From the NCBI GenBank assembly GCA_963754315.1, contig CAVWFS010000019.1, positions 256,001-320,000 of the forward strand: DNA of 64,000 nt, given 5' to 3'. This document shows positions 30,072-40,063 of this stretch, one piece after another. Every line of letters begins with the position of its first letter. Position 1 is the first letter of the stretch. The position numbers and the translations under genes are program-made. The notes beneath the pieces are model-generated. The model searched no databases. It had not been told where the DNA came from and saw only the letters and a program-made list of their open reading frames with translations. This DNA is from an uncultured Candidatus Rokubacteria bacterium. GTDB lineage: Bacteria; Methylomirabilota; Methylomirabilia; Rokubacteriales; CSP1-6.

Positions 30072-31028
30072 GCGCGGCACGGCCGTTTCCCACCGCTTAC
30101 TGGGCGGGCTTCGCGGTGGTCCTGGCCATTCTGGTGGTAGCGCCGCTGGTCTTGCCGCCGTTCTGGCAGCGCTTCGTCACCGAGATTCTCATCTGGGGTC
30201 TGCTCGCCATGTCGTCGGACATTCTCATCGGCTATACGGGCATGGTGTCTTTCGGGCACTCCGTCTTCTTCGGCCTCGGGATCTACGGGGCGGCGGCGGC
30301 CCTGCTGTCGGTCCGCCCGCCGAGTCTGTGGCTGGCCCTTCTCTACGGGCTGGTGGCGGCGGCGGTGGTGGCGGCCTTCGTGGCCTATTTCGCCACCCGC
30401 TTGCGCGAAATCTACTTCTCCATCACCACTCTGGTGTTCTCCCAGATCTTCTACGTGATCATCTTCACCTGGACCGAGGTGACCGGGAGGCGAAAACGGC
30501 CTCACCTTCAGCCAGCCTCCGCTGGGTTTGCCGGGGCTCGGAAGCCTGCGCTTCACGCCCCAGACGCTTCACTGGTTCGTCCTGGCCGTGGTGACCGTGT
30601 CGTATCTGCTCCTGCGCCGGATCACCCAGTCGCCCTTCGGAATGGTGCTCCAATCGATCCGCGAGAACGAGCCCCGGACGCGGGCCATCGGCTATTCGGT
30701 GGAACGGTACAAGATCGTGGCCGTGATGCTGTCCGGGCTCTTCGCCGGGCTGGCGGGCGTCCTCTACGCTATCCAGAACAAGTTCGCGGCACCGGATTTC
30801 GTCTTCTTCGTCGTGTCGGGCGAGGTGGTCATTTTCAATGTCATGGGCGGGATGGGCACCCTGGTCGGGCCCATCGCCGGGGCCGCCTTCTTCCTGCTGT
30901 TGCGCGAAGGTCTCTCGCGCTACTTCACCGAGTACTATCTGATCCCGGTCGGCATCATCTTCACTCTCATGGTGATCTTCATGCCCCAGGGACTGCTCGG
31001 CTTTCTCCGCCGCCCTCTCAATCGCTGA
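30068..31028 (+). CDS. ABC permease (LivM-like); +1 frameshift at the GGG run ~30486
   Basis: GYTGMVSFGH; removing one G restores TGGENGL; SPFG..LQSIRENE; PQGL. Confidence 0.85.
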
Positions 31029-31068
31029 GCTGGCGGCTCCGCGCCCGCACCGTATCGCATCCGTCACA

Positions 31069-31097
31069 TTGACCTGATCATGCCTACGCCGAACAAT
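31069..31097 (+). promoter_or_regulatory. Putative promoter TTGACC-N17-AACAAT for a leaderless comM
   Basis: GTG start 7 nt after the -10; no SD. Confidence 0.55.
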
Positions 31098-31104
31098 CAC
31101 TCTC

Positions 31105-32625
31105 GTGCTGGCTCGCGTGCTGTCGGCCGCTCTCGTGGGAGTGGAAGCCGCCCTCGTCCGCGTCGAAGTCGATGTGGCGCCGGGCCTGCCCATGTTCACC
31201 ACCGTGGGCCTCCCCGACTCCGCCGTGCGCGAGAGCCGCGAACGCGTGCGCACGGCCATCCGCAACGCCGGCTTCGCCTTTCCCCAGGACCGCATCACGG
31301 TCAACCTTGCTCCTGCTGACCTCCGTAAGGAAGGCACCTCGTTCGATCTCCCGATCGCCCTCGGCATTCTCGCCGCCACTGGTTGCGTGAAACCCAGCGC
31401 CGTCGGGCCTTTCGCGGTTGTCGGCGAGCTGGCGCTTGATGGACAGATCCAGCCCGTCCGGGGAGTCCTCGCGGTCGGGCTCGCCTGTCGTCGGCGGGGC
31501 ATCGGGACCCTGCTCGTTCCCGACGGTAACGGCGTGGAGGCGGCGGCCGTGCACGGTATCCGGGTGATTGCGGCCGCTTCGCTCGGGGACGCGGTGGCGT
31601 TGCTCAACGGCCAGGCGGCCGCTGCTCCCACCACGTCGTGCGGCGAGCCCGCTGGTGGGTCCCCGGCCGAGGACGACTTTGCCGACGTGATCGGCCAATC
31701 CCACGCCAAGCGCGCGCTGGAGATCGCGGCCGCCGGGGCCCACAACGTGTTGCTCATCGGGCCCCCGGGCGCGGGCAAGACGATGCTGGCCAGACGGCTG
31801 GCGTCGATCCTTCCCCCGATGACCAACGATGAGGCCATCGAGGTCTCGACGATCTGGAGCGTGGCGGGTCTTCTCCCCCGAGAGACCCGCCTCCTCGTGG
31901 GGCGACCATTCCGCGCTCCCCACCACACCATCTCCGTCTCCGGCCTCGTCGGGGGTGGCACCCCGCCTCGCCCCGGAGAGGTCACCCTGGCTCATCTCGG
32001 AGTCCTTTTCCTCGACGAGCTCCCCGAGTTCCAGCGCCACGTGCTGGAGTCACTGCGGCAGCCGCTGGAGGACGGGAAGGTCACCATCACCCGCGCTGGC
32101 GGCGTCGGCCACTTCCCCGCTCGTTTCCAGCTCGTCGGCGCCGCCAATCCCTGCCGCCGCGGCTGCTCCTCCCTCGATCGCTGTCTGTGCACTCCGGCCG
32201 AGCGGCAACGCTATCTTGGCCGCCTCTCCCGCCCGCTCCTCGACCGCATCGACCTCCACGTGGAGTTACCGGCCATCGCCCCGTCCGCCCTGCATGCCGG
32301 CACCCCGCCCGAGGGCTCCGCTGCTATTCGCGCGCGCGTGCTCCAGGCGCGCGAGCGGCAACGTCAGCGGCTTGGGCCGCTGCGCGTCCGCACGAACGCC
32401 GAGATGCCACCTCGTCTCCTTCGGCGCCTGTGCCGTCTCGGGCCCGAGACGCAGTCACTCCTGACGGCGGCCGCTGACCGGCTCGGGCTTTCCGCCCGCG
32501 GCCACGACCGCATCATCAAGGTCGCGCGCACCATCGCCGACTTGGCTGGCGCCGACGCGATCGCCGCCGAGCACTGTGCCGAGGCCATCCAGTACCGCGG
32601 CCTCGACCGTCCGTGGCGCTGGTGA
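31105..32625 (+). CDS. comM: YifB/ComM family Mg-chelatase-like AAA+ ATPase
   Basis: VGLPD.AVRESRERV, NLAPADLRKEG, GPPGAGKTMLA, FRAPHH, FLDELPEF, LDRIDL. Confidence 0.93.
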   Translation: MLARVLSAALVGVEAALVRVEVDVAPGLPMFTTVGLPDSAVRESRERVRTAIRNAGFAFPQDRITVNLAPADLRKEGTSFDLPIALGILAATGCVKPSAVGPFAVVGELALDGQIQPVRGVLAVGLACRRRGIGTLLVPDGNGVEAAAVHGIRVIAAASLGDAVALLNGQAAAAPTTSCGEPAGGSPAEDDFADVIGQSHAKRALEIAAAGAHNVLLIGPPGAGKTMLARRLASILPPMTNDEAIEVSTIWSVAGLLPRETRLLVGRPFRAPHHTISVSGLVGGGTPPRPGEVTLAHLGVLFLDELPEFQRHVLESLRQPLEDGKVTITRAGGVGHFPARFQLVGAANPCRRGCSSLDRCLCTPAERQRYLGRLSRPLLDRIDLHVELPAIAPSALHAGTPPEGSAAIRARVLQARERQRQRLGPLRVRTNAEMPPRLLRRLCRLGPETQSLLTAAADRLGLSARGHDRIIKVARTIADLAGADAIAAEHCAEAIQYRGLDRPWRW

Positions 32626-32680
32626 GCGTCGTTCCTGCAGGGAGCGCAGAAAGTTAAGCAGGTTCCCGTTTGTCGGCGGG

Positions 32681-34141
32681 TCAGGCAGGCTCGTCGCTGC
32701 GGGCCAGAAAATCGACGACGCGCTCGATCATCTCCTTCTTCGGGTAGATGGCGTTCAAGATGCGCGCGCGGGTCAAGGGGTCGCTGGCGAAGAAACGCTC
32801 GTAGAGGACCTGCCGGCTACCAAAGGCGCTCCCGGCGATGTCCCACGCGAGGCGGAAGAGCTTGACTCGGTCGCGTGCGGTTGCCGTGTCAGTGGCCAAG
32901 TAGCGGTCGATGTCCGGGGCCACCGGGCTCGCGAAGTCCGCCTCGTTGGGGATGATCATGAAGCTGCTGGAGCCAAGGAGCTGCAGGATCTCCACCATGC
33001 GGGGATAGGCGGTCATAAAGAGGTTGCGGGTGGTTTCCACCGGAAGCCGGGCCGGGCACATGACGCCCCATTCGTCGAGCTCGGCATCGGCCTCGGCGGC
33101 GCGCATGCAGGCGCGCATGATCTCGGTGTACATCATCAACTCCCCCAGACGCTCCTCGACGTGAGGGAGCTGCGCATTGCCCAGAGTCTCGGTCATGAGC
33201 AGGGCCACCCCCACCACGAACTCGCACTTAGCCAGATTCTTGGCGGCGCCCTGATGAGCCGAATGCATGGAGGAACCGGTGCCGAAGGCGGTGCCGTTGA
33301 CCAGAGACACGTCGCCCAGCAGGAACACCCGCTCCCAGGGGACGAGGACGTCATCGAAGAAGACCACGCAGTCCATCTCCTCGAAGCGCGACCCGAGAGG
33401 GTGATCGAAGCGCGAGCGGCCCAGGTCGAAGCTTTCGCGTGCCAGGAACCTGAGCCCGGGTGTCCCGCAGGGGATGGCGAAGTTGAGGGCGAAGGGGCTG
33501 TGCCCCTCCGTCAAGCGCCCTAGCCGTGGGGAATACACGGCGATCTCGTCGGCCAATGGCCCCAGGGTCGCCAGCACGCGGGCCCCGCGCACGACGATGC
33601 CGGCGGCCGTCTCCCGCACCATCTGCAGGGCTGTCCCCTCCTCCAGATTGAAGGCGCCCGACACCGTCCGGCTCCGCTGCAGATTGATCAGCGCGTGGGT
33701 CAGCGTGAGATCCTTCTCGCGGATGTGCTCGTAATAACGCCGGATGTTCTCCGCGAACTCGGGCCGACTTCGCGCAAAGTAGGGGGCCGCCGCCGCCCAG
33801 GCCGCAAAGGTGACGTTCATGAAGTCGGGCGAGCGCCCCATCATTCCGCACGTCGTGCGCGCCCAGTGCAGCATCATCACGCGCCGCTGTTCCAGCTCGG
33901 CGTGCGTACGCGGAACGATGAAGGACAGCCCCACCCGATCGCCGCTCGTCGGCGACACGTACGTCATCGCCTCGCGGAGTGAGGGGTCGTACTGCATGTC
34001 GTAGAGCGACGCAATCGCCTCCGCGCCCCGCCGCAGCCCCGGGTGCGTTGTCACGTCAACGACGCGCTCTCCGCCCAGCCACACCTCTCGCGGCTGCTCC
34101 TGTAACCCCTTGAGGTATTCGCGTCCATTTCGCGCTGGCAT
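32681..34141 (-). CDS. hpaB: 4-hydroxyphenylacetate 3-monooxygenase oxygenase component (family)
   Basis: ARNGREYLKGL, DVTTHP, GMMGRSPDF, DHPLGSRFEEMD..VFFDDVLVPWERVF, RQVLYERF; SD AGGAG before ATG 34141. Confidence 0.88.
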   Translation of the reverse strand: MPARNGREYLKGLQEQPREVWLGGERVVDVTTHPGLRRGAEAIASLYDMQYDPSLREAMTYVSPTSGDRVGLSFIVPRTHAELEQRRVMMLHWARTTCGMMGRSPDFMNVTFAAWAAAAPYFARSRPEFAENIRRYYEHIREKDLTLTHALINLQRSRTVSGAFNLEEGTALQMVRETAAGIVVRGARVLATLGPLADEIAVYSPRLGRLTEGHSPFALNFAIPCGTPGLRFLARESFDLGRSRFDHPLGSRFEEMDCVVFFDDVLVPWERVFLLGDVSLVNGTAFGTGSSMHSAHQGAAKNLAKCEFVVGVALLMTETLGNAQLPHVEERLGELMMYTEIMRACMRAAEADAELDEWGVMCPARLPVETTRNLFMTAYPRMVEILQLLGSSSFMIIPNEADFASPVAPDIDRYLATDTATARDRVKLFRLAWDIAGSAFGSRQVLYERFFASDPLTRARILNAIYPKKEMIERVVDFLARSDEPA

Positions 34142-34228
34142 AGTGCTCTCCTGAAGGGCAGGCCACCGGTCCCCGTGGTGGCCTAGGGTACCGCCTTCTC
34201 GACATCGGCGCGAGGCCCCGGACCTCGG

Positions 34229-34389
34229 GATATCGAGACGCGCCACGGGTTCCCCGGGGCGCGGCGAGCGCCGGGGGGCTTGGGGGCCCTTCGAGGCCCC
34301 GGACGCAAGCGTGATATCGAGACGCGCCACGGGTTCCCCGGGGCGCGGCGAGCGCCGGGGGGCTTGGGGGGCCCTTCGAGGCCCCCCAA
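34229..34389 (-). repeat. Two tandem copies (84-bp period) of a palindromic repeat, plus a 13-bp partial copy at 34211-34223
   Basis: GATATCGAGACGCGCCACGGGTTCCCCGGGGCGCGGCGAGCGCCGGGGGGCTTGGGGG(G)CCCTTCGAGGCCCC at 34229 and 34313; terminal stem TTGGGGGGCC/GGCCCCCCAA. Confidence 0.9.
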
Positions 34390-34398
34390 CATAACGAA

Positions 34399-35097
34399 TC
34401 ACACTCCGATGAGCTGGGCGAGGCGCTCGGGATCGGTGCGGAGCGGGGCCGACTCCCCATCATAGACGATGCGCCCCTTGTCCATGATGACCACGCGCGC
34501 GGCAAAGGCGAGCGCCACGCGACTGTTCTGCTCGACCAGCACGATCGAGAGAGCCCGCTCCCGCCGCAGGCGCAGCAGCACACTGGTGAGCGTCTCCACA
34601 ATCACCGGTGCCAGGCCCTCAGTCGGCTCGTCCATGAGCAACACCGAAGGGTTGGTGAGAAGCGCCCTCGCAATCGACAGCATCTGCTGCTCACCTCCCG
34701 AGAGGTGATGTCCCATGTGAGACAATCGCTCACGCAAAATCGGAAACAGCTCGAAGATCCTGTCGGGGGTCCAATGCCCCGGCCGGGCACCCACCTCGAG
34801 GTTCTCACGGACGCTGAGCGATGGAAAAATCTCGCGCTCCTGGGGAACGAACCCGATGCCGCGGAGCGCGCGGCGAAAGATCGGGACGCGGTTGAGGCTG
34901 GCGCCGGCAAGCATCACCTCGCCATTGTGCAAGGTGGTGTGGCCCATCACCGTCCCTAACAGGGTGGTCTTGCCGACCCCATTGCGGCCGATCACGCTAA
35001 CGCTCTCCCCCGGCGCCACGGTGAGATCGATGTCTTCGAGCACGACGGTCTCGCCATACCCCGCCGAGACGTGGCGCAGCTCGAGCGCGCTAGCCAT
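34399..35097 (-). CDS. ABC ATP-binding protein (LivF-like)
   Basis: GRNGVGKTT, LSGGEQQ, MDEPTEGL, VEQN. Confidence 0.9.
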   Translation of the reverse strand: MASALELRHVSAGYGETVVLEDIDLTVAPGESVSVIGRNGVGKTTLLGTVMGHTTLHNGEVMLAGASLNRVPIFRRALRGIGFVPQEREIFPSLSVRENLEVGARPGHWTPDRIFELFPILRERLSHMGHHLSGGEQQMLSIARALLTNPSVLLMDEPTEGLAPVIVETLTSVLLRLRRERALSIVLVEQNSRVALAFAARVVIMDKGRIVYDGESAPLRTDPERLAQLIGV

Positions 35098-35881
35098 GAG
35101 GAGCCTGGCCAAGATAGACGGCGCGCACGCCGGCATCGGCGCCGATCTCCCGGGGACTGCCGCTGGCGAAGACGGCACCACTCACTAGCACCGTAATCTG
35201 CTCGGCAAATCGAAACACGAGGTCCATGTCATGGTCGATGATGAGCACGCCAATGTGGCGGGGCAGACGGTCGATAGCGTCGAGGATGATGTGACTCTCG
35301 GCGCTCGGCACCCCGGCCGCGGGTTCGTCCAGCAGCAGCACCTCCGGCCGCAAGCCGAGCGCGATGGCAATCTCGACCAGACGTTGGCGGCCATAGGGCA
35401 GCTCCACGATCCGGTGCCCGGCATCATCCGTCAGCTTCAGCGTCTCCAGCAGATGCATCGACTCGTCCACAACCTCTCGACAGCAGCCCGCCGGGCGGAA
35501 CATGGAGGGGGCGACCCCCGCGCGCTCGGCGACCGCGATGTACACGTTCTCCAGCACCGAGAGTCCCCGGAACAGCCGATTGATCTGGAAGGTGCGTGCG
35601 ATGCCCAGCTTGACCCGCTCTGCCTGAGCGGCTCCGGTGATCGGCCGGCCCCTCAGCAGCACCTGGCCCGATGTGGGCTGCAGCACCCCGGTGAGCAGAT
35701 TGATGAAGGTGGTCTTGCCAGCCCCGTTGGGACCAATCAGCGCGTGGCGAGCTCCCCCCTCGAGCCGAAAGTTGATGTGGCGGGCCACGGCGAGGGCGCC
35801 GAAGTTTCGGCAGAGATCACGGGTCTCGAGGAGGGGGACGCTCCCTGGGTGGGAAGCGGCAGGGACCGGTGTCGCACTCAT
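35090..35881 (-). CDS. ABC ATP-binding protein (LivG-like)
   Basis: GPNGAGKTT, LPYGRQR, LDEPAAG; ATG overlaps the permease stop. Confidence 0.9.
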   Translation of the reverse strand: MSATPVPAASHPGSVPLLETRDLCRNFGALAVARHINFRLEGGARHALIGPNGAGKTTFINLLTGVLQPTSGQVLLRGRPITGAAQAERVKLGIARTFQINRLFRGLSVLENVYIAVAERAGVAPSMFRPAGCCREVVDESMHLLETLKLTDDAGHRIVELPYGRQRLVEIAIALGLRPEVLLLDEPAAGVPSAESHIILDAIDRLPRHIGVLIIDHDMDLVFRFAEQITVLVSGAVFASGSPREIGADAGVRAVYLGQAPHG

Positions 35882-36919
35882 CGTCGCTCGCGACCTGCTC
35901 GAGCAGTTGGAGCGCTCCCACGCCCGACGGTGCTCCAGACGGCGTCCGCCAGGCCGAGCACGCCGTTGCGGGCAAAGAGCGCGATGACCATGAGCAAGAG
36001 CCCCAGGCCGAGCTGCCAGGCGGTGGGATACACCTTCGCGAGGAAATGGGCGAGCACCATGTAGGCCACCGCCCCCACGAAGGCACCGTACAGGCGGCCG
36101 GCGCCGCCGAGGACCAGAATAATAAGGACGGTGGCTGCCCGCTCGAGGCCGAGGGTGCCCAGATTGACGTAGGCGTTGGCCTGGGCCCATATTCCCCCCG
36201 CCACACCGGCGATGGCCGCCGAGAGGCCGTAGCAGGTGACGAGCCGCGCCCGTACCGGTGCCCCTACCGCATGCATCCGCAGCACGTTCTCGCGGATCCC
36301 TCGCAGACTCTGGCCGAACGGCGAGTACACCAAGGTACGTACGAAGGCAAAGCAGAGGAGCAGCACGGTGAGGACATAGAGATACTGCGTCCGCGGATAG
36401 AGCGGATTGAACTCGAACACGCCCCAGCAGCGGCCTGATGGCCAGGCTGTCAAGGCCGTCAAACCCTCCGGTGTAGTCGTGGGCCAGATTGGCGGCTTCC
36501 TCGAGCAGGGTCATGGTGCACAGGGTGAGCATGAGCAGGGTCAAGCCGTGCGTACGCAGCAGCACCACACCCGACCCGAGACCGACCACGGCCGCCACCG
36601 CCGCGGCCAGAATCAGGCCCGTGACTGGCTCGTTCCAGATGCCGTGCTTGGCCAGCATGCCCACCGTGTACGCGCCGACGCCGAAGAACGCGGCGTGGCC
36701 GAGGGTCACGATCCCGGCGTAGCCGAGCACGAGGTCGAGGGACAAAGCGAAGAGAATGGTGATCAGCAGCTCGGTTCCGAATCCCAGATGATTCGGGAAG
36801 ACGAAGTACAGTGCGATGGCCAGCACCCACGGGATGGGCTCCCACACCCGCAGCCGGTGGCGTCCGGCCAGGGCGAGGGCGGCTGTCTGCTCGGCCACGG
36901 CCGCTGAAGACGCGGTCAC
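35878..36919 (-). CDS. ABC permease (LivM-like); +1 frameshift at a 4-nt homopolymer ~36423
   Basis: GYAGIVTLGHAAFFG, TGGFDGL, then SPFGQSLRGIREN in the next frame. Confidence 0.85.
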
Positions 36920-37791
36920 GTCGCTCGACCGCCGAACAGGCCCTGCGGCCGCCACAGCAAGAGCAGGATTGTCAGCGCGTAGATGAACAAGGTCCCACCC
37001 TGGGGAAGGTACTTCTTGAGCACGAAGTCAAGCACACCGATGAGGAGGGCCGCATAGAAGACGCCGGTCACCCGCCCGAGGCCGCCCACGGCCACCACGA
37101 TCAGGAAGTAGACGAGGTACTTAAGCGGATACTGCGGATCGAGGCCGAGAAACTCGGCGCCGAGCCCACCTCCGAGGGCGGCCATCCCACTGCCGAACGC
37201 GAAGGTGAGACTGAACAGGCGATCGATGTTAATGCCCAGCGATTCGGCCATGCGTCGGTTGTCGACGGCGGCGCGGATCTGGGCCCCCACGCGCGTTCGC
37301 TCGAAGCCCAGCCAGAGACCGACCACGAGCGCGATCCCGATCACGATCAGGACAACACTGTACGTACGATAGCGCGTCACGCCGAGATCGATCTGACCCT
37401 GGAGAGCGGGAGGAAGAACGAGCGGCTGGTTCTCTGGTCCCAGTGTCAATGTCACCGAGGCGATCATCACGAACACGAGGCCGATGGTGAAGAGCACCTG
37501 GTCAAGTTCGGGGGCGCGGTAGAGTCGCGCATACAGCGCACGTTCGAAGAGCACGCTCGCGGCAGCGGTGGCCACGAATCCGAGGACAAGGGCGGGTACG
37601 AAGCCGACGCCGCCTTGCTTCATGGCGAGGACGATCGCGTAGCCGCCAAGCATGGCAAAGCCGCCATGGGCGAGGTTGACGAAGCCCATCAAGCCCATGG
37701 TGACGGACAGGCCAACCGACACGATGAAGAGCACCATGCCGGCCGCCACGCCGCCCAGGAGCATGCTGGCGACGTCGACGCCGAAGATCAC
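36916..37791 (-). CDS. ABC permease (LivH-like)
   Basis: GLSVTMGLMGFVNLAHG, RAAVDN, VGGLG. Confidence 0.9.
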   Translation of the reverse strand: MIFGVDVASMLLGGVAAGMVLFIVSVGLSVTMGLMGFVNLAHGGFAMLGGYAIVLAMKQGGVGFVPALVLGFVATAAASVLFERALYARLYRAPELDQVLFTIGLVFVMIASVTLTLGPENQPLVLPPALQGQIDLGVTRYRTYSVVLIVIGIALVVGLWLGFERTRVGAQIRAAVDNRRMAESLGINIDRLFSLTFAFGSGMAALGGGLGAEFLGLDPQYPLKYLVYFLIVVAVGGLGRVTGVFYAALLIGVLDFVLKKYLPQGGTLFIYALTILLLLWRPQGLFGGRAT

Positions 37792-37839
37792 GGAGCGCGG
37801 CCGCGGTGAGGGGACTTCACCACGCCCGCTGCCCCGGAA

Positions 37840-39039
37840 TCACTTCGGGGCGCACGGTCCGATCTTCTGCTCCTTGCACGCGTCCTTCACGGCATCGATC
37901 TTGCCAATCACCTTCTGGACGACGCGACCGTCCTTGAGGACCGCCTCCGACAAATACTCGTTCATGACGATGTCCCGGGTGACCGGATCGATCATGATGG
38001 GTCCGCGCGGGCTATCGAACTTCCAGCCCTTCAGCGCCTCCAGTGCCTTGTCGGTGTCAATCTTGCCCTTGAGGGCCTGGACCACGTGGACGATCGCGGC
38101 CATTCCGTCGTAGCCTCCCACCGCCATGAAGTCGGGGGTGGAGTTAGCCCCGTACTCCTTCTTCCACGCCTCGACGAAGCGTCGGTTTTCGGGATTGTCG
38201 AGATCCGCGTTGTAGTGGTGCATGGTGATGAGACCGGCCGCGGCCGGTCCCATGGCCTGCAGCTTGGTGTCCTGGGTGATGTCGCCCGGCCCGATGAGCT
38301 TGATGCCGGCCTCGCGCATACCGAGGGCAGCGTACGTCTTGACCACAGCCGCGGCGTGATCTCCCGCCGGCACGAATACGAAGAAGACGTCCGGCTTCTT
38401 GTCCTTGGCCCTCTGGAAGAAGGGAGTGAAGTCGGGCACGGCCCCGGCCCCGCCCATGGGGATCTCATCGATCACCTTGCCGCCGGCGCCCTCGAAGGCT
38501 CGCTTGAACGCCGCCAGGCTGTCCTTGCCGGGCGGAAAGTCGGTGTAGCCCACGACGGCGGTCTTCGCCTTGAGGAGCTTGGCGGCGGCTTCGCCCATGG
38601 CATAACCGGCGTGCCACATGCTGAACGACGTGCGGACATAGTAAGGCGACATGTTCGTGATCTGCGCGGTGCCGGCGTTCATGATCATGCCCAGCTTCTT
38701 ACCTGCCGTCACGATAGGAGCGGTGGCGATGGCATTGGGCGAGTAAATCCAGCCGGCCAGGATGTCGACTTGATCCTGGGTGAGAAGCTCCTGGACGGCA
38801 ATCTTGGCGTTGGCGCCCCCGGGGTCTTTCACGTCCCGCTTGATCAGGGTGATCTTGTAGGGCTTCACCTTCTCGGCGTTGAGCTTGAGGTAGAGCTCCA
38901 TGCCCCGGTCTACCTGCTGGGCGAACTCGGCCCCGATGCCGGTGTAGGGCAAGTTCACCCCGACCTTGACTTCCTGGGCATGAGCCCAGCCGGCAACCAT
39001 GACAATAGCTGCCGCTATCGCGATGATCTGCTTGATCAT
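37840..39039 (-). CDS. ABC substrate-binding protein (Liv type; aromatic-acid binding inferred from context)
   Basis: Sec signal AHA-Q, VRTSF, DFPPGKD, SPRGPI; co-oriented with hpaB; alternative start 39048. Confidence 0.87.
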   Translation of the reverse strand: MIKQIIAIAAAIVMVAGWAHAQEVKVGVNLPYTGIGAEFAQQVDRGMELYLKLNAEKVKPYKITLIKRDVKDPGGANAKIAVQELLTQDQVDILAGWIYSPNAIATAPIVTAGKKLGMIMNAGTAQITNMSPYYVRTSFSMWHAGYAMGEAAAKLLKAKTAVVGYTDFPPGKDSLAAFKRAFEGAGGKVIDEIPMGGAGAVPDFTPFFQRAKDKKPDVFFVFVPAGDHAAAVVKTYAALGMREAGIKLIGPGDITQDTKLQAMGPAAAGLITMHHYNADLDNPENRRFVEAWKKEYGANSTPDFMAVGGYDGMAAIVHVVQALKGKIDTDKALEALKGWKFDSPRGPIMIDPVTRDIVMNEYLSEAVLKDGRVVQKVIGKIDAVKDACKEQKIGPCAPK

Positions 39040-39098
39040 GTTTGGCATTCCTCCCCCGGTCAGAATGAAGACGGTCGGCCACGAACTGGGATCGGCGA

Positions 39099-39127
39099 AT
39101 ACTAGGCCAAGAAGGCAACGGGTGCAA
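39099..39127 (-). promoter_or_regulatory. Promoter TTGCAC-N17-TAGTAT for the ABC-hpaB operon
   Basis: Plus strand reads ATACTA at 39099-39104 and GTGCAA at 39122-39127; a divergent TGcTAGAAT lies at 39198-39206. Confidence 0.6.
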
Positions 39128-39252
39128 GGCGGGCAAAGTTCCGGCCCGTTCCGGCCCTAGGAGCATCGGGCCGCCTCCGCACGGGGCGCGGTCACGGTGC
39201 TAGAATCCGCTGCGAAACAGCAGGTGACCAGAGGAGCGATAAGGAGCGCGCG

Positions 39253-40059
39253 ATGACGACCAGCAATCCGCGGGGGTCGGTGTGGGAGACGGTCCTCTAC
39301 GAGAAAAAGGGGGCGATCTGCCACATCGTCCTGAACCGGCCCCACAAGCTCAACGCCGCCAACGACCAACTGGTAGAAGAGGTCAACGACGCGCTGTTCG
39401 AGTTCGACGCCGATCCCGATCTTCAGGTGGCCATCATCTCGGGCGCGGGCCGGGCCTTCTGCTCCGGGGCCGACGTACGGCAGCGCCAGCTCCGCTCACC
39501 CGAGGAGTTGCGACGGCTGGGGGGACCCGCCGGTCGCCGCTCCCGCGAGAACGGGCTGGCCGACACCGTCAACTGGAAGCCGGTGATCGGCGCTGTACAC
39601 GGCTACGCGCTGGGCCTCGGCTACGCCCTGGCCCAATCCTGCGATCTGGTGGTGGCCGCGGAGGGAACACGCTTTCAGATCCGTGAGGTGCAGCGCGGGC
39701 TCGCGGGAGGGCAACACTGGGTGGCGACGTGGTTCTGGACGGGTAGCCGCTTCGCGAACGAGGTAGCCCTCACGGGTCGCATGTTCACGGCCGAGGAAGG
39801 ACTTCAGCACGGCATGGTCAATCGGGTGGTGCCAGCGGCCGCGCTGCTACCCACAGCCGAGGCGCTCGCTGGCGAGATCATCGACAATCCGCCCCTCGCC
39901 GTCCGCGCCAACGTGCGGGTCATGCGCTGGTTCGTCAACGAGATGCACCGCCAATCACGCTTCTATACGCAAGGACGGGCCCTGCATCTCACCGACGACT
40001 TCCGCGAGTCGGCGGCGGCATTCGTCGAGAAGCGCAAGCCGACCTTCAAGGGCAAGTAG
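39253..40059 (+). CDS. Enoyl-CoA hydratase/isomerase family protein
   Basis: LNRPHKLNA, GRAFCSGADV, KPVIGAVHGYALG, FVEKRKPTFKG. Confidence 0.9.
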   Translation: MTTSNPRGSVWETVLYEKKGAICHIVLNRPHKLNAANDQLVEEVNDALFEFDADPDLQVAIISGAGRAFCSGADVRQRQLRSPEELRRLGGPAGRRSRENGLADTVNWKPVIGAVHGYALGLGYALAQSCDLVVAAEGTRFQIREVQRGLAGGQHWVATWFWTGSRFANEVALTGRMFTAEEGLQHGMVNRVVPAAALLPTAEALAGEIIDNPPLAVRANVRVMRWFVNEMHRQSRFYTQGRALHLTDDFRESAAAFVEKRKPTFKGK

Positions 40060-40063
40060 CCGT

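Noticed and set aside
34211..34389. Possible mini-CRISPR array
   Set aside because: Units of ~72 bp with linkers of about 12 bp do not fit repeat/spacer sizes, and there are no cas genes
35090..36955. Apparent permease-ATPase fusion (621-aa ORF)
   Set aside because: A homopolymer frameshift joins two separate genes; the middle segment is out-of-frame nonsense
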